Assembly: GCA_016223135.1 (NCBI GenBank)
Contig: JACRPQ010000005.1
Span: forward strand, 176,873 to 240,872
Length of the DNA stretch: 64,000 nt
Origin: Chloroflexota bacterium
GTDB taxonomy: Bacteria > Chloroflexota > Anaerolineae > Anaerolineales > Villigracilaceae
Direction: 5' to 3'
A program made the translations under genes and the position numbers. This document shows positions 26,117-36,179 of the stretch, in pieces. Every line of letters begins with the position of its first letter. The stretch's first letter is position 1. A model generated the notes under the pieces. It did not search any database. It was given only the letters and a program-made list of their open reading frames with translations, and had not been told where the DNA came from.

Positions 26117-27741
26117 TACTCTTTTTCTTCTCCATTTTCATTTTCACGATACACAGCGACCCGGTTGCGTCCGGCATGTTTGGCGGCATAGAGCGCCCGG
26201 TCCGCCGCGCGCAGGAGATCCTCCTTCTTTTCGCCGTGTAAGGGAAAAGCCGAGAGACCCATCGAAACGGTAACGTTGAGGCTGAAGCGCCCAAAGGGAA
26301 TGTACAGTAATGAAATGGAGCGGTGCAGCGAACTCACCCGCTCCTTGGCGACTTCCAGACTGATGTTCGGCATGACCAGCACGAATTCCTCCCCCCCATA
26401 GCGGCAGACGAAGTCGCCATGGCGGCTCTGACTGGTCACTGTTTCTGCCAATGTTTTGAGGACGATGTCGCCCGCTTCGTGTCCATAGGTGTCATTGACT
26501 TCCTTGAAGTGGTCAATATCCATCATCACAATGCACAACGGATAGACTTCGCGGGCGGCGCGCGCCAGCTCGCGTTCGAGTGTCTCCTCCAAATAGCGGC
26601 GGTTGAAGAGGTTGGTTAACGCATCGCGGATCGCCTGTTCGCGCAGTTGACTTTGAAGCAGCCCGATTTCGATCAATTGAGTTTGCATTCTGTCCATGGC
26701 ATGGCGCAGGTCTTTTTCCACTTCCTTGCGGTCGGTGATGTCGCGGAAGACGATGATGCGTCCGTTCAAGGTGTGGTCGTTATCGTAGAGGGGAGTCACC
26801 CGCAGGTCCAGGTAACGAGACGGTTTGTGGGGAAGCCGCATTTCGGTGCGGATTTCCTGTCCCTGCATCAGATGTTCGAAGCGATCGTTCCAAATATTCA
26901 GAATGTCTGTAATGTTTTTTCCCAGGAACGAAACGGGGTCGGCGTCGAGAAAGTTCTTCATGGCAGGGTTGATATCCACAATGCGCCCCTCCACGTCAAC
27001 GACCACCAAGCCGTCGCTCATTTTCTCGATGAGATGACTGCGCGCAAAAGGAACCAGATCCATGAACTTGTGGCGGAAGATGGCGTAGACGTACACCACT
27101 CCGGTGATGCCAAACATCATGGGCGTATAGTCGGGTTCAATAGACCCTTCTCTTCGCAGGTGTGTAAAAGCGCTGAACAGGAAAGGCACAACCGAGCCGA
27201 GCAATATCATCCGATACTGTCTTTTGAAGAAAGAGTTTGCCTGACGGTAACTTACCGTTAATAGCGCAAGCCCCAGCAGAATGAGCAGGTAAGAGTAGAA
27301 CAGGTTGAACCAAAACCCTGCGCCGCGCTGGACGTTCATAATGACATAACCATCCTGCGTGAATGACCGGATGGATGCAAAGAGGGCTTGCGGCGACAGC
27401 CAGACCATCAGCACAATCAGCACAGGTTCAATGGCTAACAGCAGGAGATTCCGAAAGGTAAGCCATTTTTCGCGGCGGGTGAGGAACAGGGTGAAGAGCA
27501 GAAAGCATGTCGGCACGATGACCACGCCAAAATATGTCACCTTCAACCAGAAAATTTTTTGAGGCAGCGACGCCGACAGCCAGACCATTGCGTAAGCGCC
27601 CGACCAGATGAACATTCCTGCAAGCATGATTTTCAACGCAAAAGCGCCTGGAGCCGTTCGACGCCAGGCGATGATAAGCACGCTTAAGGTTGCAATGGTG
27701 GAAAGAGCCAGAACAACGGAGTAGGGGTGCAATTGAAACAT
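26113..27741 (-). CDS. Diguanylate cyclase (7TM sensor, PAS, GGDEF)
   Basis: N-terminal multi-TM region, PAS (DGLVVVD), DALTNLFNRR, RxxD I-site RHGD, GGEEF. Confidence 0.93.
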   Translation of the reverse strand: MFQLHPYSVVLALSTIATLSVLIIAWRRTAPGAFALKIMLAGMFIWSGAYAMVWLSASLPQKIFWLKVTYFGVVIVPTCFLLFTLFLTRREKWLTFRNLLLLAIEPVLIVLMVWLSPQALFASIRSFTQDGYVIMNVQRGAGFWFNLFYSYLLILLGLALLTVSYRQANSFFKRQYRMILLGSVVPFLFSAFTHLRREGSIEPDYTPMMFGITGVVYVYAIFRHKFMDLVPFARSHLIEKMSDGLVVVDVEGRIVDINPAMKNFLDADPVSFLGKNITDILNIWNDRFEHLMQGQEIRTEMRLPHKPSRYLDLRVTPLYDNDHTLNGRIIVFRDITDRKEVEKDLRHAMDRMQTQLIEIGLLQSQLREQAIRDALTNLFNRRYLEETLERELARAAREVYPLCIVMMDIDHFKEVNDTYGHEAGDIVLKTLAETVTSQSRHGDFVCRYGGEEFVLVMPNISLEVAKERVSSLHRSISLLYIPFGRFSLNVTVSMGLSAFPLHGEKKEDLLRAADRALYAAKHAGRNRVAVYRENENGEEKEY

Positions 27742-27888
27742 GGTCAATCCACGCCTGCGCGACCGGGCTGCAGACATGTGGTTTCTATTTTACTTTGTTT
27801 ATCCCAAGGTGCAGCAGGGCGGCAAGCCGCCTAACATAAAAGCAAAGGCTCGCCAGCGAAGGCGAGCCTGTTTTCCTGCTTGTTCAAC

Positions 27889-28266
27889 TTACTCCCCGCC
27901 AAATGCCTCGAGCGCGGATGCCATACTTTCGTACATGGGAATGTTTTGTAAAAAACCGGTAATCCCCAAGACGTTGTAAATCTGTGGAGGCGCACTGCAT
28001 AGTTTGAGGCGTATCGTTTTATGCGGGTCGTTTGCCGGCGTGAACATCTGGTATACCTTCTGAATGGCGCGCATGCCTGCGCTGGTAAGCGTATCGAGAT
28101 CGCTCATTTCAATCAGCAGGTAACGCCCCCCCGCTTCATACGCCGACTGTGCGGCTTCCAAAAATTGTGTTTCGCTTTGGGCGTCCAGCCACCCGCCAAT
28201 GTGAAAGACGGTCACAGGCACACCGGCTTGTATTTGCTCGCTTGTCATCTTTAAATCGCTTTTCAC
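27889..28266 (-). CDS. STAS domain / anti-sigma factor antagonist
   Basis: G.LDA, LIEMSDLDTLTSAGMR, VLGITGF. Confidence 0.85.
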   Translation of the reverse strand: MKSDLKMTSEQIQAGVPVTVFHIGGWLDAQSETQFLEAAQSAYEAGGRYLLIEMSDLDTLTSAGMRAIQKVYQMFTPANDPHKTIRLKLCSAPPQIYNVLGITGFLQNIPMYESMASALEAFGGE

Positions 28267-28313
28267 TCTCGCCTCGTTTTCTTTATAAAAGTGGATACCT
28301 GTAACAGGAATGG

Positions 28314-29480
28314 TTACATCTTCTTCACGTATTCCGCCTGGACGAAGCCCTGCACGCCGCTTTCATTTTGCACGAACAGCCATTTTCCCGCCACGCCAAT
28401 CTTGCGCACCGCCTGGGCTTCATTCTCCAGCACGGTGAGCCGCGCTTTCATCTGTTCGTTTGCCAGCGCTTTCGATTTGACGGAAGCCGTTTCGTGGATT
28501 CTCAACCCTGCCTTGCCAACGGTCGCCTTGACGCGCAGCACCAACGCCGTTGAAGACGGCGTCCCCGCTTCACTGCCTGAACTGGAAGCTGGTTCCGCCG
28601 TGGACGGATAGACCTCCCCCGGAACTTTTTCCAGGTACCAGGCGGCGGCGAGACCTTCCTTGCCGTTCTTCGTGCGGACGCGCACCCACTGGTTGATGGC
28701 GCCGATCTTCGTCCAGCCGTTGGGTTCGATGATGGTCAGCAGGTCGCCGGCATGAGCGGCGTCCACGACATTGGCTTTGGAGGAGGTGTCTTCGCTGGTG
28801 CGGATGTTCAAGCCTGAGGTTACGTCCGCTTTGACGCGGGCTTTGGGTCCAGCCGTCGAAACGGGAGCAGTTGTCGGCGGAGTCTGAGGCGCGCCGGTCG
28901 AGGTCGCCTTTTGTCCGGGCAGTTGGATCGTTCCGTCTGCGTTGATGTTTTCGTACAGGACAATCTGCACGATGGAACGCTGGAGCGGGTTGCCGTGACT
29001 GTAGCGCGGCATGAGGTAGGTCTCTTTGTTGACATCCGTCTGGTAGGGCCAGGGGTCGAGCATGAGGTAGTCGTTGCCTTTGCGGGCGATGACCACCACA
29101 TAGTGCGTGAGCAATCCTGGCGCCGGGGTGCTGTCCACGCAGACGATGGCGGGCTGACCGGCGGCGAGGGCGGCGTCAATTTGCTCGAGGGGAGCGGGCG
29201 TATCGTAACATTGGATGATGGAGTTGAGCCGTATTTGCGGGTAGAGTTGCGCCACGCTGTGCCAGCGGATGCCAGAGCCGGCAAACCCGTTGATGCCTTG
29301 CAATTTCTGGTTGAGGGTCTTGGGGGTGACGGTGTAACCGTGTCCGCTCAAGACCATGGCAACGCTGGTGAGGGCGCACCCGACATAGCCGATGGTATCT
29401 GAAGACTGGCTGCCGAAACCGAGTTTGTCGGCTTTCCATTGCGGGTCTTGCTGGGAATAGTAAACAAGTTGGAAGGACAC
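28314..29480 (-). CDS. C39-like cysteine peptidase with two SH3b-like domains
   Basis: YYSQQDPQW, GCALTSVAM, HYVVV, DPW; C-terminal LNIR/LRIH...W..V...G..G..AA.Y repeats; GTG start. Confidence 0.75.
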   Translation of the reverse strand: MSFQLVYYSQQDPQWKADKLGFGSQSSDTIGYVGCALTSVAMVLSGHGYTVTPKTLNQKLQGINGFAGSGIRWHSVAQLYPQIRLNSIIQCYDTPAPLEQIDAALAAGQPAIVCVDSTPAPGLLTHYVVVIARKGNDYLMLDPWPYQTDVNKETYLMPRYSHGNPLQRSIVQIVLYENINADGTIQLPGQKATSTGAPQTPPTTAPVSTAGPKARVKADVTSGLNIRTSEDTSSKANVVDAAHAGDLLTIIEPNGWTKIGAINQWVRVRTKNGKEGLAAAWYLEKVPGEVYPSTAEPASSSGSEAGTPSSTALVLRVKATVGKAGLRIHETASVKSKALANEQMKARLTVLENEAQAVRKIGVAGKWLFVQNESGVQGFVQAEYVKKM

Positions 29481-29539
29481 GGTATCTCCTTTGGTGATTG
29501 GGAGGGGGGAACGATGGCTGGATTATAACGCCCTCCCGT

Positions 29540-31150
29540 TTAAAATCCATCCTTCAGTATTTCCTTTGCCGCCAGCATTCCCGCCGCGCCCATGACGCCT
29601 CCGCCGGGGTGCGCGCCGCTTGCGCCGAAGTAATAGCCTTTGAGCGGTGTGCGGAAATCCGCCCACTGCGGCACAGGGCGCAGGAAGAAGATTTGGTGCA
29701 GAAGCAATTCGCCGTGGAAGATATTGCCGCCCGTGATGCCCGCGATGGATTCGATATCCTTCGGCGAAATGACCTGCATTCCAACAATGCACTCGCGGAT
29801 GTCGGGCGCGTATTGCTCGATGGTGGAAATCACCGCCTCGCCGAGTTGATTACGCTTTTCGTCTGTCCAGCCGCCTTCCACATCATAGGGCGCATATTGC
29901 ACAAAACACGAAAGCACATGTTGACCGGGCGGCGCCATATCGGGGTCAATCATCGAAGGGAAGATCATATCGAGATACGGTCGGCGCGAAATCTGTCCGT
30001 ACTTGGCGTCGTCGTAGGCGCGCTCGATGTAATCAATGCTTGGGCTGATGGAAACCGCGCCGCGATACAAGGCAGGTTCGTCGGGCAGCGCCGTGAAGCG
30101 CGGCAATCGGCTCAAAGCGATGTTGACTTTGCCCGACGAGCCGCGCACGCGGAAATTTTGTATCGCCGTCACGAACTCATCGGGGAAATGTTTCGGCTCG
30201 ACGAACTGGAGGAACGTCCGCTTCGGGTCTGCGGCGGACATGACGACTTTGGAATCAATCTCATCGCCGTTTTCCAAGACGACACCCGTGACGCGCGCTT
30301 GCCCTGAGCCTGTCGAAGGGTCACTCTTGACCTTGACCTGCTTCACCGGACTATTGACTCTGATTTCCACTCCAAGCGCTCGCGCCGCGTTCGCAATCGC
30401 GCCGCTGACCCCGCCTGAGCCGCCCTTGGCAAAACCCCAGGCGCGGAATGCGCCGTCAATTTCGCCCATGTAGTGATGGAGCAGCACATACGCTGTGCCG
30501 GGCGAGCGCGGACCGAGGAACGTGCCGATGATTCCGCTGGCGGCTTTCGTGCCTTTGAGCGCGTCGGTCTCGAACCACTCTTCGAGCAAATCCGCCGAGG
30601 ACTGCGTGACGAGTTTGGCAATCATGTAGAGTTCTTTTTCGGAGAGCGACGCGGCGTACTGACCGAGTTTGAGCAAATTAAACAAATCGCGCGGGTGAAG
30701 CGACGACGGGTCGGGCGGAATCAAATTGATGATGGGTTTGATCGCCTTCGCCGCGCGCGCCATGACGCGGGAGTATTCATCGTATGCCTCCGCATCGAGC
30801 GGCGAATGGCGGTAGATTTCGCGGCGCGTCAGGTCGTGGTCGTCCCACGAGGCGAGGTAGTCGCCATTGTCCATCGGAGTGAACGTGCTTGGCAAGGGCA
30901 AAATCTTCAATCCATGTTTGGGTAATTCCAGGTCGCGGATAATCTCCGGGCGCAGCAGGCTGACCACATATGAAAACTCGGTGAACTTGTAGCCGGGGAA
31001 GATTTCCTCCGTCACCGCCGCCCCGCCGACGATGTGCCGGCGTTCCAGCACGACCACTTTTTTCCCCGCCCGCGCGAGATACGCGGCAGCGACAAGTCCG
31101 TTATGCCCCCCGCCGATAATAATGGCGTCGTAAGTGTTGGATGATATCAT
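29540..31150 (-). CDS. FAD-dependent oxidoreductase, phytoene dehydrogenase/PYROXD2-like
   Basis: IIGGGHNGLVAAAYLA, ERR...GGAAVTEE, GGNIFHG, HPGGGVMGA. Confidence 0.9.
   Translation of the reverse strand: MISSNTYDAIIIGGGHNGLVAAAYLARAGKKVVVLERRHIVGGAAVTEEIFPGYKFTEFSYVVSLLRPEIIRDLELPKHGLKILPLPSTFTPMDNGDYLASWDDHDLTRREIYRHSPLDAEAYDEYSRVMARAAKAIKPIINLIPPDPSSLHPRDLFNLLKLGQYAASLSEKELYMIAKLVTQSSADLLEEWFETDALKGTKAASGIIGTFLGPRSPGTAYVLLHHYMGEIDGAFRAWGFAKGGSGGVSGAIANAARALGVEIRVNSPVKQVKVKSDPSTGSGQARVTGVVLENGDEIDSKVVMSAADPKRTFLQFVEPKHFPDEFVTAIQNFRVRGSSGKVNIALSRLPRFTALPDEPALYRGAVSISPSIDYIERAYDDAKYGQISRRPYLDMIFPSMIDPDMAPPGQHVLSCFVQYAPYDVEGGWTDEKRNQLGEAVISTIEQYAPDIRECIVGMQVISPKDIESIAGITGGNIFHGELLLHQIFFLRPVPQWADFRTPLKGYYFGASGAHPGGGVMGAAGMLAAKEILKDGF
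30298..30320 (-). repeat. REP-like 23-mer inside the oxidoreductase CDS
   Basis: Minus strand CCCTTCGACAGGCTCAGGGCAAG is 22/23 identical to intergenic 4383-4405; encodes (D)PSTGSGQ. Confidence 0.75.
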
Positions 31151-31213
31151 GTGCTTTTCTCCGTTTACACGTTTACAGGTTTGAACGTTCGAACGTTTCA
31201 ACTTGCCAACGTG

Positions 31214-32410
31214 TTAACGCCTTTTCCACTCCGGCTCATAAAACGGCAGTTTCACCACCCTCGCTGGGGCATATTGACGATGATGCTCCACCGTGATTTC
31301 CATGCGCACTTCCGTGCCGATTTCGTAATACGGTCTCTGCAAATGCGCCAGCGCAATGTACTTCTTCAACAGCGGCGACCAGCTCGAGGTGGAAGCGTAC
31401 CCGACTTGCACACTACCGACTAAAATCGGCAAACTCGCCCGCACCGCCATGCCGGGAATTTGCGGCGGCAGACCGACCTGCTTGTAAATTTTCTCCATTC
31501 CATCCCAGTCCACTTCCAAACCGACCATCTTCCAGGCGGAGCCTTCGCGTTTCTCTCGCTCCAGCGCGCGGCGACCGACGAAGTAGCCGGGTTTATCGAG
31601 CGCCACCGTCCAATCCAGTCCCAACTCAAACGGAGATGACTTCTGCGCTTCGATCCACGCGTGAGTGGTGGAGGTGTAATCCACATCGAGCATGAAGAGA
31701 CCCGCCTCCACGCGCGCCATATCCATTGCCAGAATGCCGACGGGCGTGATGCCGTAGTCCGCGCCGGCTTCCATGAGCGCATCCCACACCTTGAGCGCGT
31801 CGTTATTGTCCATCCAAATCTCATAGCCAAGGTCGCCGGTGTAGCCCGTGCGCGAGATGGTTACTCCCACGCCTTGGATGGTGTTCGTCATCAGGCGGAA
31901 ATACTTCAACTCGTCCACAGGTTTTTCGCAAACAAGATTCAACACCTTGCGCGTGTTCGGTCCCTGAAAACTGAGCGCGGCGACTTCATCGGTCACGTCG
32001 CTGATTTGGACGTCCATGCCGGCGGCGTTCATCGTCAGCCAGCGCAGGTTCGGTTCCGCGGCGGTCAGGCGGAAGGTCGAATCGTCGAGGCGGGAGACGG
32101 TGCCGTCGTCAATCATCTTGCCTTCGTCGTCGCACCAGCCGGTGTAATAGATCTGCCCCACCTTCATCTTGTAAATGTCGCGCGTGGTGACGCGATGCAA
32201 TAACGCCGCTGCATCCTTTCCCTTGATGACGTACTTCATCAGTGGCGTCACGTCAATTAACGCCGCCGCGTTGCGGATCGCCCAATACTCGCGGTCGAGC
32301 GTGTGTTCATACGAGCCGGCGACGAAATAGCCCGCCCATTTGCGCCAGTTCTGCGGCTGGCAAAGTTTGGATGTTCTTTCGTGAAAGGGGGTGGTTTTGA
32401 GATTGAACAT
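31214..32410 (-). CDS. GcvT-family aminomethyltransferase / THF-dependent demethylase
   Basis: TTPFH, EYWAIRN.AALIDV, ISRTGYTGDLGYEI, RVEAG, KLPFY. Confidence 0.9.
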   Translation of the reverse strand: MFNLKTTPFHERTSKLCQPQNWRKWAGYFVAGSYEHTLDREYWAIRNAAALIDVTPLMKYVIKGKDAAALLHRVTTRDIYKMKVGQIYYTGWCDDEGKMIDDGTVSRLDDSTFRLTAAEPNLRWLTMNAAGMDVQISDVTDEVAALSFQGPNTRKVLNLVCEKPVDELKYFRLMTNTIQGVGVTISRTGYTGDLGYEIWMDNNDALKVWDALMEAGADYGITPVGILAMDMARVEAGLFMLDVDYTSTTHAWIEAQKSSPFELGLDWTVALDKPGYFVGRRALEREKREGSAWKMVGLEVDWDGMEKIYKQVGLPPQIPGMAVRASLPILVGSVQVGYASTSSWSPLLKKYIALAHLQRPYYEIGTEVRMEITVEHHRQYAPARVVKLPFYEPEWKRR

Positions 32411-32477
32411 AAGCCTTCACAATAAATGACCGTGGACGGTAGACCGTTGACCATAGCCTCGTTCTACCGTCCTCCGT

Positions 32478-32807
32478 CTACGGTCTGTTCGCATACTCCG
32501 CAGGTGCGAAGAACACGATCACCGTCAACTCCTCCTCAATCGAATGGAAGCGATGCTCCACGTTCTTCTCAACATACACAATCGAGCCCGCCTGCACATC
32601 ACGGTCTTCGTCCGCGACTTTGATTTTTGCTTTGCCGCTCACGACATAATAGACCTCATCCTCCGTGTGCGGCGACTGGGGGTCTGTGCCGCCCGCGGGA
32701 AGAATGTAGAGACCCATGCTCAGGTCGGGGACTTTGAGAAATTCAAGATAGAGTTTGTTCGAGTCTTGATGTTGGGAGATCAATTGGACGAGTTCGTAGG
32801 CGTGCAC
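32478..32807 (-). CDS. Cupin domain protein
   Basis: QSPHTEDEVYYVVSG ... VEHRFH. Confidence 0.85.
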   Translation of the reverse strand: MHAYELVQLISQHQDSNKLYLEFLKVPDLSMGLYILPAGGTDPQSPHTEDEVYYVVSGKAKIKVADEDRDVQAGSIVYVEKNVEHRFHSIEEELTVIVFFAPAEYANRP

Positions 32808-32881
32808 AGTGTCCTCCTTATACTATTGTGAGCAGTCGCAAGCAAAACAAACAACCCCAGGACAAGGAAGATCATTCCGCT

Positions 32882-33802
32882 TCACGGATTTTTTCTCTCC
32901 ACCTTGCCCACCCTCGAAGGTTGAATGCTCACCCCTGCGGGTTGCGAGGCTCTTGCTGTTGTTGCATCCTTGACCAAGTGCGCCAGATGTTTCACCATCA
33001 CCGCCTGACGCTCGCCTGCCTTTGCTCCCAAATCCTCCAAAACAGGTTCCAGCCATGCCTGATAGGAACGCACACACAGATATACGGGTCTGCTTCGCCG
33101 ATCTGGCAGATTGCCAATCAAAGCCGAAAGTTTTTCGCTGACGCCCGCCGCTTCGGGGTGGATGAGCGGCGTAAGCACAATGCCATACACGCCCTGCGCT
33201 GTGCTGACGTAACATTTCGCGCCCTCGTTGCACATCCAGCCGCTCGCGTTCTTCGGCTGCGGCTCAATGGGATGCAGAAGAGGCGGAACAATTTGATGAT
33301 ACAGACTCTGTATCGCAGGCAAATGCACCGACTTTACCCGCATCCAAACGGACCTTGAGCCTGTTCCTGCCACCTCGGATATATCCCACATCCTCTGCCA
33401 CGCATACACCGCAAACCCCGCCTTCCGCAGCAAGGCGAAGGCGTTGCTGGTTTCATTTACTTCAGCAAGCACATGGAATGCGCCCCATATCCCTGCTTGT
33501 TGAGCGAGATTCTCGATTAAGTCCAGAAGAAGCGGATGATCCAACTGCGAAGCGGGTGCAAGATAGTACAGTTTTGCGAACGTCTCATTGCGCGCGTGGG
33601 TGATGCCCCCCAGCACAGAGATTTTTTCGCCGTTGGCAATTGCCGAGTAGATGTGTCTTGCTGGATTAACGTACGATATTAACCCCACTGCTCCCAAGGG
33701 GCTGCCGCGAGTCAATAAACGCGTGGTGTCCAGTCCCACTGCTTCATCGCGGAAACCGTAGATATAAGGCAAATCCAATAGCGCAAGAGGGCGGACGGTC
33801 AT
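32882..33802 (-). CDS. Hypothetical protein, possibly a degenerate GNAT fold
   Basis: Long ORF co-oriented between pdxT and the cupin gene; LLRKAGF motif. Confidence 0.6.
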   Translation of the reverse strand: MTVRPLALLDLPYIYGFRDEAVGLDTTRLLTRGSPLGAVGLISYVNPARHIYSAIANGEKISVLGGITHARNETFAKLYYLAPASQLDHPLLLDLIENLAQQAGIWGAFHVLAEVNETSNAFALLRKAGFAVYAWQRMWDISEVAGTGSRSVWMRVKSVHLPAIQSLYHQIVPPLLHPIEPQPKNASGWMCNEGAKCYVSTAQGVYGIVLTPLIHPEAAGVSEKLSALIGNLPDRRSRPVYLCVRSYQAWLEPVLEDLGAKAGERQAVMVKHLAHLVKDATTARASQPAGVSIQPSRVGKVERKNP

Positions 33803-33866
33803 TCTCGTTTTTGGGGTCACAGGCTGGCAGGTCATACCTTTCAAACCTGCCAGCCTTCACACACTC

Positions 33867-34445
33867 TCAATCAACCAGCGTCAAAAAATATTCGTGGAAA
33901 CGCGTGTCATTCGTCAGTTCGGGGTGAAAGGATGTAGCGAGGAGATGTCCCTGTTGGGCGGCGACAATCCTCCCGTCGGGGACGGATGCGAGTACTTTCA
34001 CATTGTCGCCCACCGACTCGATAATCGGCGCGCGAATGAAGACTGCATGGTACGGCGTCTCCGTCCCTGTGGCTTGTTTGAGTTCGGGGATGTCGAGGTC
34101 GGTCTCGAACGAATCGACCTGCCGCCCAAACGCATTGCGCTGGACTTTGATGTCCATAAGCCCAAGCAAAGGCTGGTCGCGGCTGACATCTTTCGAGAGA
34201 AAGATTGCGCCCGCGCACGTTCCCCAAATGGCGTGACGTTGACCAAATTGTTTCAAGGGGTCCATCAGGTTATAGGCGACTGCAAGTTTGCCGATGGTGG
34301 TGGATTCGCCGCCGGGGATGATAAGCCCGTCGAGACCGTTTAGATGTTCAGGTAAACGCACTTCGGCTGTTTCCACCTTCAGCCGTTTGAGCATGGCAAT
34401 GTGTTCTGCAAAATCGCCTTGCAGGGCAAGAACTCCAATTTTCAT
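33867..34445 (-). CDS. pdxT: PLP synthase glutaminase subunit
   Basis: GVLALQG, PGGESTT, GTCAG, RNAFGRQ, FIRAP, FHPE. Confidence 0.97.
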   Translation of the reverse strand: MKIGVLALQGDFAEHIAMLKRLKVETAEVRLPEHLNGLDGLIIPGGESTTIGKLAVAYNLMDPLKQFGQRHAIWGTCAGAIFLSKDVSRDQPLLGLMDIKVQRNAFGRQVDSFETDLDIPELKQATGTETPYHAVFIRAPIIESVGDNVKVLASVPDGRIVAAQQGHLLATSFHPELTNDTRFHEYFLTLVD

Positions 34446-34540
34446 AAGCTATACAGGTACACACGTAAACAAGTACACAAGTACACAAGTACACAAGGAA
34501 TAACGTGTTCACCTGTGTACCTGTCTACTTGCCTACTTCT

Positions 34541-35428
34541 TTACCAGCCTCGCCCCGCGATCCGTTCCGCTTCGGGCATCTGCGACACGTTCCGTCCAAC
34601 CATCGGCTCGCCGAGGTTCTTGCTCACCTCCGCCAGGATAGCGGGATCGTTGTAATGCGTCACGGCTTTGACGATTGCCGCAGCGCGCTTGGCGGGGTCT
34701 CCGCTCTTGAAGATGCCCGAGCCGACGAATACGCCGTCCATGCCGAGTTGCATCATCAACGCTGCGTCGGCAGGAGTTGCCACGCCGCCTGCCGCAAAGT
34801 TGACCACAGGCAAACGCCCAAGTTCCTTTGTCTCTTTCACGAGTTCATACGGCGCGCCGATCTCTTTGGCGTACGACATTAACTCTTCATCAGCCATCGT
34901 CGTCAGACGGCGGATTTCGCCAATCACCGCGCGCGCATGACGCACTGCTTCCACCACATCGCCTGTGCCCGCCTCGCCCTTTGTGCGGATCATCGCCGCC
35001 CCTTCGCCGATTCGCCGCAGCGCTTCGCCAAGGTTGCGGCATCCGCATACGAACGGCACTTTGAAGTTGTGTTTCAAAATATGATGCGCCTCATCCGCCG
35101 GGGTCAGCACTTCGGACTCGTCAATGTAATCCACGCCAATCGCTTCGAGAATCTGCGCCTCGACGAAATGACCGATGCGGCACTTTGCCATCACCGGAAT
35201 AGAGACGGCGTCCATGATCTTCAAGATCAGCTCGGGATCAGACATGCGTGCGACGCCGCCCTGTGCGCGAATATCGGCAGGCACACGTTCGAGCGCCATC
35301 ACGGCGCATGCGCCGGCGTCTTCGGCGATTTTCGCGTGTTCGGGTGTCACCACGTCCATGATGACGCCGCCTTTGAGCATTTGTGCAAGCCCCTTCTTCT
35401 CAGTCCAGGTACCAGTTTTGACTTCCAT
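34541..35428 (-). CDS. pdxS: PLP synthase lyase subunit
   Basis: [40 protein letters not shown]. Start at ATG 35428 behind AGGAG. Confidence 0.97.
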   Translation of the reverse strand: MEVKTGTWTEKKGLAQMLKGGVIMDVVTPEHAKIAEDAGACAVMALERVPADIRAQGGVARMSDPELILKIMDAVSIPVMAKCRIGHFVEAQILEAIGVDYIDESEVLTPADEAHHILKHNFKVPFVCGCRNLGEALRRIGEGAAMIRTKGEAGTGDVVEAVRHARAVIGEIRRLTTMADEELMSYAKEIGAPYELVKETKELGRLPVVNFAAGGVATPADAALMMQLGMDGVFVGSGIFKSGDPAKRAAAIVKAVTHYNDPAILAEVSKNLGEPMVGRNVSQMPEAERIAGRGW

Positions 35429-35619
35429 TTTTACACTCCTTGATTCCGCGACGTACGCGGTCATCCTGTAAATATAGATAAATTGTGCGGTTGAGATTCT
35501 ACCACGCAGACTAATCCGCTTCACGCGCCGCCGACGCCTGATTCGGTTTCGACGAATTTTTGTCTTCCTTTGAGCGTTCTCTCTCCCGTCTTTTCTGGGA
35601 GAGGGGGCTTCTGCGCCTC

Positions 35620-35690
35620 TTGACAAAACTTGTTGTTTGGATACAATTATGACAATAATACAATTAGTACAATAATACAAAGATACAATT
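35620..35690 (+). promoter_or_regulatory. Sigma70 promoter with tandem YtrA-like operator half-sites
   Basis: TTGACA-N16-TACAAT (35620-35647); direct repeat ACAATAATACAA at 35652 and 35669; TA(A/G)TACA half-sites. Confidence 0.7.
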
Positions 35691-35691
35691 T

Positions 35692-36105
35692 ATGCCCAAT
35701 AAGAAGCTTATCCTCCAAATTGACTTCCGTTCGGGTCTCCCTATTTATACCCAGATCGTCAACCAGATCCATGCCCAGGTTGCCAGCGGGATTCTCCAGC
35801 CGGGCGACCAACTCCCGACGGTGCGGGCGCTTGCCGAGGAGTTACGCGTCAACTTCAACACGGTGGCAAGAGCCTATCGCATTTTGGATGAAGAACGCAT
35901 TATCTCCACTCAGCAAGGACGCGGCACATACATCACCGAAATCCCGCCGCCGAAGGTCAGCGAAAAAATTCGCAGAGAAGCGCTGGAAGAGTTGACCAAA
36001 AGATACATCGGCGAAGCCATGCGGCTGGAATTTTCAAAGAGTGAGATTAAGCAGATGGTCAACGACCAACTCAAGGCTTGGACTGAAGCGCAGGAGTCTG
36101 AATAA
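35692..36105 (+). CDS. GntR family (YtrA-like) transcriptional regulator
   Basis: PIYTQI, GDQLPTVRALA, VNFNTVARAY, GRGT; short C-terminus. Confidence 0.93.
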   Translation: MPNKKLILQIDFRSGLPIYTQIVNQIHAQVASGILQPGDQLPTVRALAEELRVNFNTVARAYRILDEERIISTQQGRGTYITEIPPPKVSEKIRREALEELTKRYIGEAMRLEFSKSEIKQMVNDQLKAWTEAQESE

Positions 36106-36179
36106 TAAGTGTAGTGACGACTTGGTCGTCTTTCTTGAAAACGATAAAGGTCATTTGCTGCAAACTAAAGGAGAATATC

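Noticed and set aside
34447-34540. Tandem repeats as a CRISPR array
   Set aside because: The units are 7-9 bp with no unique spacers, and no cas genes are present.
35429-35680. N-terminal extension of PdxS
   Set aside because: It crosses the divergent promoter, operator and a REP; the canonical start with RBS is at 35428.
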